Source of the DNA: Alphaproteobacteria bacterium
Lineage (GTDB): Bacteria; Pseudomonadota; Alphaproteobacteria; UBA828
Assembly: GCA_965220825.1 (NCBI GenBank)
Contig: OZ244839.1
Span: 3,013,280 to 3,077,279, forward strand
Length of the DNA: 64,000 nucleotides
Direction of reading: 5' to 3'
The translations under genes were made by a program, and so were the position numbers. Below the pieces are notes generated by a model. It was not told the origin of the DNA. It made no database searches and saw only the letters and a program-made list of their open reading frames with translations. This document shows, in pieces, positions 30,221 through 41,789 of this stretch (positions are counted from its first letter, which is position 1; each line of letters begins with the position of its first letter).

Positions 30221-30943
30221 TCAATACATGTGGGTGCCGCCGTTCATGGTGATGGTCGAGCCCGTGGTCCAGGCCGCCTTCTCGTCCACCAGAAAGAGCA
30301 CCGCGTGGGCGACCTCCTCCTCCGCGCCCATTCGGCGGATCGGCGACTTGTCGAGAATCTTCTCGAGGATGCGCTCAGGCATCTCGCGCATCAACTCCGT
30401 GTCCACATAGCCCGGTGCGACGGTGTTCACCGTGATGCCGTGCTTTGCGCCTTCCAGCGCGAGCGCCTTGGTGAAGCCGTGCATGCCGGCCTTCGCGGCC
30501 ACATAGTTGACCTGATTGCGCTGGCCCGCCTGGCCGTTCATGGAGCCGATCTGGACGATCCGTCCCCAGCCGCGTTCCATCATGCCGGGATAGACCACCT
30601 TCGACATGTGGAAGACCGAATCCAGATTCACCCGTACCACGCGCTCCCACTGCGCGTCCGTCATATTCTCGAACCGGTTGTCGGAGACGGTGCCGGCGTT
30701 GTTCACCAATATCTCCACGGGACCCGACGCCGCCTCCACCGCCGCGACGCCTTCGCGGCAGGCGGCACCGTCGCTCACGTCCCAGCGAAAGGCGGGGATG
30801 CCGGTTGCGCGGGTGAAGGATTCGGCGTCCTCGTCGTTCGCGTGATAGTTGACGGCGACGTCATAGTTCGCCGCCTGAAGCGCACGTGCGATCGCCGCGC
30901 CGATGCCGCGCGTCCCGCCGGTGATCAGGGCGAGTCTTGCCAT
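30221..30943 (-). CDS. phaB: Acetoacetyl-CoA reductase (paralogue 1).
   Basis: 240 aa from MARLALITGGTRGIG…; NNAG and YxxxK (YVAAK) SDR motifs; C-terminal NGGTHMY; about 55% identical to the adjacent paralogue. Confidence 0.85.
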   Translation of the reverse strand: MARLALITGGTRGIGAAIARALQAANYDVAVNYHANDEDAESFTRATGIPAFRWDVSDGAACREGVAAVEAASGPVEILVNNAGTVSDNRFENMTDAQWERVVRVNLDSVFHMSKVVYPGMMERGWGRIVQIGSMNGQAGQRNQVNYVAAKAGMHGFTKALALEGAKHGITVNTVAPGYVDTELMREMPERILEKILDKSPIRRMGAEEEVAHAVLFLVDEKAAWTTGSTITMNGGTHMY

Positions 30944-31004
30944 TGGTTCGCTCCGTTGGGGTTGTTTCCTGTGGCGAGGGATCGGGCGGCTTGGTGCCGC
31001 CGCG

Positions 31005-31727
31005 TCAATACATGTGGTGACCGCCATTCACCGAGAGCGTGGAGCCGGTGATGAAGTCCGCATCGTCCGCCACCAGGAAGAGCACCGCGCGGGCGATGTC
31101 CGCGGCGCGGCCCAGCCGGCCCACCGGGATGCTTGCGACGATCTTGTCCAGCACCTCCGCAGGCACCGCGCGCACCATTTCCGTATCCACATAGCCCGGC
31201 GCGACGGCGTTGACGGTGATGCCGTGGCGCGCGCCTTCCTGGGCCAGAGCCTTGGTGAAGCCGTGGATGCCCGACTTTGCGGCGGCGTAGTTGACCTGTC
31301 CGTACTGCCCCGCCTGTCCGTTGATAGAGCCGATATTGACGATCCGCCCGAACTTGCGGGTGCGCATCCCGGGAAAGGCCGTATGGCAGGTGTTGAAGCA
31401 GGAGCCCAGATTGGTGTCCAGCACCGATTGCCAGCTTTCCGGCGTCATCTTCTGGATCGTCCCGTCCCGGGTGATACCGGCATTGTTGACCACGATGTCG
31501 ATCGGCCCGATCTCCGTCTCGATCGTCTCCATGCCGCTGCGGCATGCCTCTGCGTCCGCGACGTCCCACTTGTAGACCGGGATCCCCGTTTCCGCTTGGA
31601 AGCGTTCCGCCGCCGCGTCGTTTGCGTGATAGTTGGCGGCGACCCGGTAGCCGGCCTCCTTGAGCGCCCGGGAGATTGCGCCGCCGATCCCGCGCGTCCC
31701 GCCCGTGACGAGCGCAACCCGTGCCAT
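31005..31727 (-). CDS. phaB: Acetoacetyl-CoA reductase (paralogue 2).
   Basis: 240 aa from MARVALVTGGTRGIG…; the same motif set; C-terminal NGGHHMY; tandem with paralogue 1. Confidence 0.85.
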   Translation of the reverse strand: MARVALVTGGTRGIGGAISRALKEAGYRVAANYHANDAAAERFQAETGIPVYKWDVADAEACRSGMETIETEIGPIDIVVNNAGITRDGTIQKMTPESWQSVLDTNLGSCFNTCHTAFPGMRTRKFGRIVNIGSINGQAGQYGQVNYAAAKSGIHGFTKALAQEGARHGITVNAVAPGYVDTEMVRAVPAEVLDKIVASIPVGRLGRAADIARAVLFLVADDADFITGSTLSVNGGHHMY

Positions 31728-31809
31728 GATTCTTCTCCCCGGATGACAGTTCGTACCGAAGGACGCGTCCGCGCCCGTGCCGCTTGATATGCGATGCCGT
31801 GCCGGGGTT

Positions 31810-33027
31810 TCAAGCGCCTTGACGGGGGACGCGTTGCTCCGCCGCGTTTACGCATATCCAGTCCGCGAGCCCCCGCCACAACGCCCGCTTTGCCCGGGGG
31901 CTCGCCATCATCCCGATATGGCCGAGGGCGGGTCGTCTCGTCTCCACGCGGGGAAGCAAGCCGCTGATGGCGGCGGCGGACTCCGGCGGGACGATGCGGT
32001 CGCGCGCCGGCACCACATTGAGCACGGGTACGCGGATGCGCGCGGGACGAACCGCTTCGCCCCCGACCGACCAGCGGCCGCGCATCGGCGTGTTGGCGCC
32101 GTACCAGCCTTCGAGGCAGGTGCGCGCGACGGGAGAGGCGAGCGGCACCCCGTCATTGAGCCAGTCCTCCAGTGCGACGAAGTTCTGCGCTGCCGCGGAG
32201 CGCCCGTCCAGCGCGGCAAAGGCCGCAAACTTGCGTACCGCATAAAGCGGGTCGAGCGACGCGAACAGGATCCGGATCATGTCGGTGGGCAGGCAGCCGC
32301 AAGCCTCCGCGATACCCGCCAGCATGGGCCAGAGCGTTGCGAGGAACGCCGGCGGCGCGCCGCCTGCGTGAAAGTCCCACGGCGCGGCCAGAAGGACCAG
32401 TGCGGAGACGTCTCGCCGCCGCGCGAGCGGCAGCGCCAGGAGGCCGCCCATGCAGTAGCCGAGCAGCGCTACCGGGCGGCCTGCGTCCTCTCGCGCGGCG
32501 TCCAGCGCGCCGCCCAACCGCCCGAGGATATAGTCGTCCAGCCCGAACCGCCGCTCCCACGGTCCCGGGGATCCCCAGTCAAGCAGATAGGGGCAGAGTC
32601 CGCGTTCGCGCAGATAGCGGGCGAAGCTGCGCCTTGCCGAAAGGTCCAGGATGTAGGCGCGGTTGATGAGGGACGGGACGAGCAGCACGGGCACGCCCGC
32701 ACCGTTCTCCGGCGCGCCATAGGCGAGGAGCCGCGTCGCGCCCTCCTGCCAGAGCACGGGCGGGTCTTTGAGCCGCCGCCGGTAGGGATGCGCCCGGTAG
32801 CGCGAGACTCCGGCGAGGAAGCCCGCGAGCCGCTCCGCCGCCTCCGCACCGCATCTTCGTGCCAGGGCGTCCGTGGGGATCGCCTGCTCCGCGTGTCCTC
32901 CCGTAGGCGGCGGGGCGGCCCCGAGGGCAAAGGCGCCGAGCGGGGCGAACGCGCTCGTGGCTGCGATCCCGAGATGGAGCGGAAACGGCCGGGGGCCGAT
33001 ACGCGCCGCCGGCGAAGCCTGTGTCAC
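31810..33027 (-). CDS. phaC: PHA-synthase-like alpha/beta-hydrolase (lipase box with Cys: GYCMGG). Candidate class III/IV-type PhaC.
   Basis: 405 aa; the G-Y-C-M-G-G lipase box with Cys in place of Ser is the PHA-synthase signature; located directly upstream of two phaB genes. Start is a GTG overlapping the stop of the FGE-domain gene (GTGA). No phaE partner seen. Confidence 0.65.
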   Translation of the reverse strand: MTQASPAARIGPRPFPLHLGIAATSAFAPLGAFALGAAPPPTGGHAEQAIPTDALARRCGAEAAERLAGFLAGVSRYRAHPYRRRLKDPPVLWQEGATRLLAYGAPENGAGVPVLLVPSLINRAYILDLSARRSFARYLRERGLCPYLLDWGSPGPWERRFGLDDYILGRLGGALDAAREDAGRPVALLGYCMGGLLALPLARRRDVSALVLLAAPWDFHAGGAPPAFLATLWPMLAGIAEACGCLPTDMIRILFASLDPLYAVRKFAAFAALDGRSAAAQNFVALEDWLNDGVPLASPVARTCLEGWYGANTPMRGRWSVGGEAVRPARIRVPVLNVVPARDRIVPPESAAAISGLLPRVETRRPALGHIGMMASPRAKRALWRGLADWICVNAAEQRVPRQGA

Positions 33028-33935
33028 TGTTCGACGGAGGGCGCCCGGCTTTCGGGCGCGGGGTCCGCCGCGAGCCGGAAGCCGATCAGGATGTGCTTGA
33101 GTGCGGCGGGTCTGCCGTGGCGTGCCGCCGGGCGGCAGACGCCGCAGCCGCTGTCATCCCACGAGCCGCCCTTGACGGTGAAGCGGCCCGGGCGGCCGCG
33201 CGTCGCCGTCCATTCGAAGACCTGTCCCGCCGCGTCCAGCATGCCGTAGGGGCTGGCGCCGGCGGGAAAGCGCCCGACCGGCATGGTGTCGAAGGGGCCT
33301 GCGTCGTGGCTGTTGAGGCGCGCGGGGTCGAAACCGTCTCCCCAGGGGAAGAGTCGTCCATCCGTTCCGCGCGCGGCCTTCTCCCATTCGAGTTCGGTGG
33401 GAAGCCGCCAGGTGCGTCCCGTCCGGGCGGAGAGCCAGGCGGCGTAGGCGTTCGCGTCCGCGTGGGAGACCAGCACCACCGGATGATCTCCACGGTCCTC
33501 CGGCGGCATGCCGTCCTGCCACGAATGACGGCGGGTGCGCGTATAGGGGTGGATCAGCCCGTAGCCGCGCCAGGTCGCTTCGTCGACGCCGGGTGCGGGT
33601 CGGCCCGTTGCGGCGACGAAGGCCGCATATTGACGGTTGGTGATGGGCGTTCGCGTGATGAAGAAACCTTCCAGCCGATGGGTGCCGCGCTTGCGCTCCC
33701 GCGCATACCAGCGTCCCTCACGTGTCCGGCTGTGGCCGTAGGCGGTCTCGTCCAGCCGGTAGGCGGCTTCGCGTTCGGCCGCATCGGAGCCCGCGATGAA
33801 AGGGCCCGCGGGCACCTCGATCAGCGCGGGCACGGTCGGATTGCGCTCGCCGGCATCGGCGGTTGTTGCCAGGGTGCAGCACGCGGCGGCCAATGCGACG
33901 GCGTGTGCGGCGCGGCGGCCGCAAGCTGTTAGGAT
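33024..33935 (-). CDS. Formylglycine-generating-enzyme (SUMF1/EgtB/PvdO) domain protein, probably secreted. The start codon is uncertain.
   Basis: C-terminal 300 aa carry the FGE-sulfatase domain (…RTPITNRQYAAFVAATG…RLPTELEWEKAARG…GQVFEWT…GGSWDD…). A signal-like segment GRRAAHAVALAAACCTLATTADA precedes it, but no canonical in-frame start lies downstream of 33942. The nearest ATG (34076) would overlap the divergent lipoprotein gene by about 135 nt. Confidence 0.6.
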   Translation of the reverse strand: MLTACGRRAAHAVALAAACCTLATTADAGERNPTVPALIEVPAGPFIAGSDAAEREAAYRLDETAYGHSRTREGRWYARERKRGTHRLEGFFITRTPITNRQYAAFVAATGRPAPGVDEATWRGYGLIHPYTRTRRHSWQDGMPPEDRGDHPVVLVSHADANAYAAWLSARTGRTWRLPTELEWEKAARGTDGRLFPWGDGFDPARLNSHDAGPFDTMPVGRFPAGASPYGMLDAAGQVFEWTATRGRPGRFTVKGGSWDDSGCGVCRPAARHGRPAALKHILIGFRLAADPAPESRAPSVEQ

Positions 33936-33941
33936 CGCCGG

Positions 33942-34829
33942 ATGATGCGACCGATCCCTTGCGTGCTCCTTTTGGCTCTTGCCGCCTGCGCTGCCGATCC
34001 GTCCCGGCTGTCTGGGGACGAATCCCGCGCGCCGGTGCCAGGCGCGGAGACGGAGCGGTATGCGGACATGGCCCATCAGCTTGCCGGGCCCGGCAGCGGC
34101 TTGGAAGGCGACCGCGTCCTGTTGGGGATGGCGGTTCAGGGTCATGCGTCTTCCCAATATCTGCTGGGCGTGATGTACGGCAACGGCGAACGCATGTTTC
34201 GCGATCCGGCCCAGGCGGTCAAATGGCTGGGGCGTGCCGCGGCGCAAGGCCATGGTCCGGCGCGCGCCCACCTCGCGGCCATGGCGGAGCGGGGAGACGT
34301 ATCGGCGCACCGGACGCTGGGTCTGCTCTACCGAGACGGCTCGGGCACGCGCCGGGACGAGACGATGGCCCGGCGTCATCTGCGGGCCGCCGCCAGGGCC
34401 GGAGACCCGCCCGCGCTTCTTGCTCTCGGCACTCTGGGCGGGGCGGACGGTACCGCGGCGTTCCACCGTGCGGCGGAAGGCGCGGCCGCTGCGGTCGGCC
34501 GGACGCGGCGCGCGGCGTTCCTGGACCTCATGGGCGATGGCGCCGAGACCCGACTGGCCCCACCCCGATTGGTCGACGCGCGCCGCGCACAGGCGCTCGC
34601 CCATTACTGGGTCGGCATGGCGTATCTCCTGGGTGCGGGCGTCCCCCCGGACGCCACCCTCGCCATAGCGCACCAGTGCGCGGCCGTATCCCTGGGCTCG
34701 CCCGCGGCCGCCCGCGCTCTCGCCCGGATGCTGACCCAGGGCCGCGGCCTCCCGCGCGATCTCGCCCTCGCTCGCTCGTGGCTCGCCCTTCCCACGCCCC
34801 GCGCGCTTGCTCCGTGCGGCACATCGTAG
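33942..34829 (+). CDS. Sel1-repeat (TPR-like) lipoprotein.
   Basis: Lipoprotein signal MMRPIPCVLLLALAAC with an LAAC lipobox; repeated Sel1-type motifs (…SQYLLGVMYGNGERMFRDPAQAVKWLGRAAAQGH…). Confidence 0.75.
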   Translation: MMRPIPCVLLLALAACAADPSRLSGDESRAPVPGAETERYADMAHQLAGPGSGLEGDRVLLGMAVQGHASSQYLLGVMYGNGERMFRDPAQAVKWLGRAAAQGHGPARAHLAAMAERGDVSAHRTLGLLYRDGSGTRRDETMARRHLRAAARAGDPPALLALGTLGGADGTAAFHRAAEGAAAAVGRTRRAAFLDLMGDGAETRLAPPRLVDARRAQALAHYWVGMAYLLGAGVPPDATLAIAHQCAAVSLGSPAAARALARMLTQGRGLPRDLALARSWLALPTPRALAPCGTS

Positions 34830-34977
34830 CGCCGCTTCCGGCCTCTTGCGGCGCCCGCTTCGGGGGCTGCGACGGGTCGATGGTCCGTATATTTTGATGA
34901 GCGCAGATTGAGGCCCGGACGCCGGCGCGTCAGTGGAACAAAGGCGCCGGGCATCGGGTGAATCGGAGACGGTGTCC

Positions 34978-36078
34978 ATGGCGGTTCTTTTCGAGAGGCT
35001 TGACCTCGGCGGGCTCGAACTGGCGAACCGGGTGGTCGTCTCCCCCATGTGCCAGTACAGCGCCGAGGATGGAGCGGCAACCGACTGGCACGTGATCCAT
35101 CTGGGCTCCCTCGCACTCTCGGGCGCGGGGCTGCTGATCATCGAGGCGACGGCGGTGGAGCCCGCCGGGCGGATATCCCACGGTTGCCTCGGTCTCTATT
35201 CGGAGCGCACCGAAGCGGCATTGGCGCGGGTGCTTGCCGCGGTGCGGCGGTGGAGTCCCATCCCCATCGGCATCCAGCTCGCCCATGCCGGCCGCAAGGC
35301 CTCGGCGCGCGTGCCGTGGGAAGGCGGCGGCCCGTTGAAAGCGGACGAGGGCGCCTGGTCGACCATCGGTCCCTCGGCTTCCCCATTCGCCGACGGCTGG
35401 CCCGCGCCCGAAGCGCTGGACCGGGCCGGTATGAATGCGGTGCGCGATGACTTCGTCCAGGCGGCCCGCCGCGCGGCGCGGCTCGGCTTCGACCTCGTGG
35501 AGCTGCACGCGGCCCACGGCTATCTGCTCAGCGAATTCCTGTCACCGCTCGCGAACCGGCGGACCGATTCCTATGGCGGCTCTCTCGAGAACCGCATGCG
35601 CTATCCGCTCGAGATTTTCGAGGCGGTGCGCGGTGCCTGGTGCGACCGTCCGCTCGGCGTGCGCCTCAACGCCACCGACTGGGCTTCCGCCGGCATCGTG
35701 CCGGAAGATGCCGTCGCCTTCGCCGCCGCCCTGGCCGGCCGCGGCGCGGACTATGTCTGCGTATCCGGCGGCGGCAACGATGCCGGTGCGAAGATTCCGG
35801 TGGAGCCCGGCTACCAGGTGCCCTTCGCCGCTCGCATCCGGGCAGAGGCCGGCCTCGCCACCATGGCGGTGGGGCTCATCGTCGAGCCGCGCCAAGCCGA
35901 GGCCATCGTGGCAAGAGGGCAGGCGGACGCCGTCGCGCTTGCACGCGGCTTCCTGGACGATCCGCGCTGGGTGTGGCACGCGGCGGACGCGCTGGGTGCC
36001 GCCCCTCCGGTCGCCCGCCAGTATGAGCGGGCGCGGCCGGGGCTCTGGCCGGGAGGCAGGGCGCGGGCGGCGGAATAG
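34978..36078 (+). CDS. NADH:flavin oxidoreductase (Old Yellow Enzyme family).
   Basis: 366 aa from MAVLFERLDLGG…; OYE motifs (…VSPMCQYSA…; HAAHGYLLSEFLSP; …RLNATDW…). Confidence 0.85.
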   Translation: MAVLFERLDLGGLELANRVVVSPMCQYSAEDGAATDWHVIHLGSLALSGAGLLIIEATAVEPAGRISHGCLGLYSERTEAALARVLAAVRRWSPIPIGIQLAHAGRKASARVPWEGGGPLKADEGAWSTIGPSASPFADGWPAPEALDRAGMNAVRDDFVQAARRAARLGFDLVELHAAHGYLLSEFLSPLANRRTDSYGGSLENRMRYPLEIFEAVRGAWCDRPLGVRLNATDWASAGIVPEDAVAFAAALAGRGADYVCVSGGGNDAGAKIPVEPGYQVPFAARIRAEAGLATMAVGLIVEPRQAEAIVARGQADAVALARGFLDDPRWVWHAADALGAAPPVARQYERARPGLWPGGRARAAE

Positions 36079-36110
36079 AACCCGTCCGCGCGCGGCACCG
36101 CGACTGCCAG

Positions 36111-38805
<2,695 letters not shown>

Positions 38806-38913
38806 ATCAAGGGTATTCCCTCCGTCCGATAGGTTCGCGCCGCCTCTTCGGCTGGTCGTTGCCGCCGGCCGCAAGCGCCGATAGGCTTGAGCCTCGGCGG
38901 TTTTCTAGGCTCC

Positions 38914-39639
38914 ATGGGCGGGAGGCGCAAGATTCCTGACGGTTCCGCGCCGGACGCGCATGGCGTCCGCTTCGAGGCGGAGGGCCTTGCCTGCCTCCGG
39001 GGCGGGCGGCCGGTCTTTTCCGACGTGGCGTTTAGCCTCGCGCCGGGCGATGCGCTGATCCTCTCGGGCCCCAACGGCTCGGGCAAGTCGAGCCTGCTCC
39101 GTATCGCCGCCGGCTTCTTGAAACCTGTCGGCGGCGTGCTCTCCTGGGGCGGCGCGCCGCTCGCCGGGAACTGGGAGACCCACCGCCGGCGGCTCCACTA
39201 TGTGGGCCATCTGGACGCGGTAAAAAACGCGCTCACCGCAATGGAGAATCTTGCGGTGTGGGCGCGCATCCGGGGCTTCGCCTGCGCGCGGCCCGACATG
39301 CTGCACGCATTAGAGGCGCTGGATCTCGCGATGCTCGCGGATGTGCCGGCGCGCTTGCTTTCCGCCGGGCAGCGGCGGCGTCTGGCGCTCGCCCGTCTCG
39401 CGGTAACGCCCGCTCCGCTCTGGCTGCTGGACGAGCCGGCGGCCGGCCTGGACGCGGAGTCCACCGCGCGCTTCCTCGCACTCGTGGCGCGTCACCGGGC
39501 GGAAGGCGGCATGGTGCTTGCCGCCGCGCATGGCGGGGTGGAGATGGCGGGAGCGCAAGGGCTCGACATGGCCCGGCATGGCTTCCCGCTGCCACCGGCG
39601 GGCGAAGAGGCGTCCGTCACGGGTCTCGAGACGTGGTAG
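38914..39639 (+). CDS. ccmA: Heme exporter ATP-binding protein CcmA.
   Basis: Walker A GPNGSGKSSLLR; ABC signature LSAGQRRRLALARL; Walker B LWLLDEP. First gene of the ccm operon. An alternative TTG start lies at 38887. Confidence 0.85.
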   Translation: MGGRRKIPDGSAPDAHGVRFEAEGLACLRGGRPVFSDVAFSLAPGDALILSGPNGSGKSSLLRIAAGFLKPVGGVLSWGGAPLAGNWETHRRRLHYVGHLDAVKNALTAMENLAVWARIRGFACARPDMLHALEALDLAMLADVPARLLSAGQRRRLALARLAVTPAPLWLLDEPAAGLDAESTARFLALVARHRAEGGMVLAAAHGGVEMAGAQGLDMARHGFPLPPAGEEASVTGLETW

Positions 39640-40301
39640 CGGCGTTCCTGCGCCTGGTGGGCCGCGACCTTGCGCTGACCGCGCGCGGCGGCGTGGGCGG
39701 CCTGATGCCGGTCGTCTTCTTCGTGATCGTCGCAGCACTCTTTCCCTTGGGCGTGGGGCCCGAACCCGGCCTTCTTGCCCGCATCGCGCCGGGCGTGCTG
39801 TGGGCCGCGGCTCTGCTCTCGGCCATGCTGACATTGGACCGGCTGTTCGCCGCCGATTACGAAGACGGCAGCCTGGAGCAGCTCGCGCTGGGCGTGCTGC
39901 CGCTGGAGGCGGTGGTGCTGGCGAAGAGCTTCGCCCACTGGCTGGTTACCGGCCTGCCTCTGGTCGTGGCGGCGCCGGTGCTGGCGGTTCTCTTGAACAT
40001 GAGTGCGGACGGCCTCGTCGCGCTGACGGTCTCGCTCCTGCTGGGAACGCCGGTACTCAGCCTGGTCGGCGCGGTGGCGGCGGCGCTCGGCGTCGGTCTG
40101 CGCCGCGGCGGGGTTCTGGTCGCGCTTCTGGTGCTGCCGCTCTATATTCCGGTGCTGATCGTCGGCGCTGCCGCGGTCGAGAACGCGATTCTCGGCGTCG
40201 GCGGGCGGGCGAGCCTGCTTATTCTTGCGGGCGGGCTTGTGGGCGCCACGGCTCTGGCCCCCTGGCCGGCGGCCGCGGCGCTGCGGCTCGCCCTGGAGTG
40301 A
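39633..40301 (+). CDS. ccmB: Heme exporter permease CcmB.
   Basis: 222 aa polytopic membrane protein; GTG start overlapping the ccmA stop (GTGGTAG); conserved CcmB N-terminus …FLRLVGRDL…. Confidence 0.85.
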   Translation: MVAAFLRLVGRDLALTARGGVGGLMPVVFFVIVAALFPLGVGPEPGLLARIAPGVLWAAALLSAMLTLDRLFAADYEDGSLEQLALGVLPLEAVVLAKSFAHWLVTGLPLVVAAPVLAVLLNMSADGLVALTVSLLLGTPVLSLVGAVAAALGVGLRRGGVLVALLVLPLYIPVLIVGAAAVENAILGVGGRASLLILAGGLVGATALAPWPAAAALRLALE

Positions 40302-40314
40302 CACCGAGAGAGCC

Positions 40315-41136
40315 GTGCGGGCCAAAGACGAACGAGGACGGCCGGCGCAACGTGGCGCGGGGCTGCATTTTCTCGCCAATCCGGCGCGGTTCATGCGCGT
40401 GGCGCGGGCGATCTTTCCCTGGACCGCGGGGCTTGCCGCCTGCTTGATCGCAGCGGGCCTCGTGCTGGGCCTCCATGTCGCGCCGGCGGATTATCAGCAG
40501 GGGGAAGCCTACCGAATCATCTATGTGCATGTGCCGGCGGCCTGGATGGCGCTCTCCGTCTATGTGGTCATCGCCTTGTGCAGCCTGGCGAGCCTCGTAT
40601 GGCGCCATCCTCTCGCCGACCTCGCGGCAAAGGCCAGCGCGCCGGCGGGCGCCTGCTTCGCCTTCATCACGCTGCTGACCGGCTCGCTCTGGGGGCAGCC
40701 CATGTGGGGGACGTGGTGGGTTTGGGATGCCCGGCTCACCTCCATGCTGATCCTGCTCTTCCTTTATCTCGGTTACATTGCGTTGCACGCGGCCTTCGAC
40801 GATCCGGTGCGCGGCGCCCGCGCTGCCGCGATCCTCGCACTGGTGGGCGCGGTGAACGTTCCCATCGTCAAGTTCTCCGTGGACTGGTGGAACACGCTGC
40901 ACCAGCCTGCGACCATCTCCAAGATCGATGCGCCTTCCATCGATGTCTCCATGGCGATCCCGCTTATCGTCATGGCGGCGGGCTTTGCGGCGTTCTTTCT
41001 CACCGTTCTTATCCTCGGTATACGTGCCGAGCTCGCCAAGCGACGCATCCGCATCCTTCGTCTCGCCCAGGCGGGGGCGGCCGACTGGGGACGGAGAGAG
41101 ACGCCATTCCGTGCAGGGGTAGGCGATCAGGATTAG
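40315..41136 (+). CDS. ccmC: Heme exporter protein CcmC.
   Basis: CcmC signature, including the WWD-domain motif WGTWWVWDARLTS and …APADYQQGEAYRIIYVHVPAAW…. GTG start chosen by alignment to CcmC N-termini; the ATG at 40393 is an alternative. Confidence 0.85.
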   Translation: MRAKDERGRPAQRGAGLHFLANPARFMRVARAIFPWTAGLAACLIAAGLVLGLHVAPADYQQGEAYRIIYVHVPAAWMALSVYVVIALCSLASLVWRHPLADLAAKASAPAGACFAFITLLTGSLWGQPMWGTWWVWDARLTSMLILLFLYLGYIALHAAFDDPVRGARAAAILALVGAVNVPIVKFSVDWWNTLHQPATISKIDAPSIDVSMAIPLIVMAAGFAAFFLTVLILGIRAELAKRRIRILRLAQAGAADWGRRETPFRAGVGDQD

Positions 41137-41148
41137 ACTGGCGGGGCG

Positions 41149-41352
41149 ATGACGTTCTTCGAGATGGGCGGCTACGCCGCTTATGTCTGGCCTGCGTTCG
41201 GCGCGGCCGCTGCGATCATGATCGGGCTTCTCGTGTTCAGCGTGCGGAGGGTGCGCAGCCTGGAGGCGGCGCTCCGGACCCTTGAGGCGGCGCGCCCGCG
41301 TGCGCGCCGACCCGCGAGGGAAGGCGGCGAAGAGCGGAACGCGGCCACATGA
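41149..41352 (+). CDS. ccmD: Heme exporter protein CcmD.
   Basis: 67 aa, single TM segment (YAAYVWPAFGAAAAIMIGLLVF), positioned between ccmC and ccmE. Confidence 0.7.
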   Translation: MTFFEMGGYAAYVWPAFGAAAAIMIGLLVFSVRRVRSLEAALRTLEAARPRARRPAREGGEERNAAT

Positions 41353-41789
41353 AGCGCAAGCATCGGCGCCTGCTCGTGATCGGTACGGGGCTGGCGGCGC
41401 TGGGCCTTGCCGTCGGTCTGGTGCTGCTCGCCTTCGACGAAAGCCTTGTCTTTTTCCACTCGCCCACCGATCTCAAGGAGCGGAACGTGCCCGCGGACCA
41501 GCGGCTTCGCGTCGGCGGTCTGGTCGAAGAAGGCAGCGTCGCGCGCGAGCGGGGGCAAGGCTCGGTCGTGCGTTTCGTCGTGACGGATCTCGCCAACGCG
41601 GTGCCCGTCCGTTTCGACGGCGTGCTGCCGGACCTCTTCCGCGAAGGCCAGGGCGTGGTGGCGGAGGGCTATATGAGGGGTGGCGTATTCGAGGCGGTCG
41701 AGGTTCTCGCCAAGCATGACGAAAATTACATGCCTCCCGAGGTGGCGGATGCGCTGAAACGATCGGGGGACTGGAAGGGCGCTGAATGA
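41349..41789 (+). CDS. ccmE: Cytochrome c-type biogenesis heme chaperone CcmE.
   Basis: 146 aa; N-terminal TM anchor; conserved heme-binding histidine region (VLAKHDENYMPPEV). Confidence 0.85.
   Translation: MKRKHRRLLVIGTGLAALGLAVGLVLLAFDESLVFFHSPTDLKERNVPADQRLRVGGLVEEGSVARERGQGSVVRFVVTDLANAVPVRFDGVLPDLFREGQGVVAEGYMRGGVFEAVEVLAKHDENYMPPEVADALKRSGDWKGAE

Noticed and set aside
33936-35141. N-terminal 400 aa of the 705-aa track ORF 33024..35141(-).
   Set aside because: Only the C-terminal ~300 aa carry the FGE domain. The upstream part is the antisense reading of the Sel1-lipoprotein gene and of the OYE gene start, and is low-complexity.
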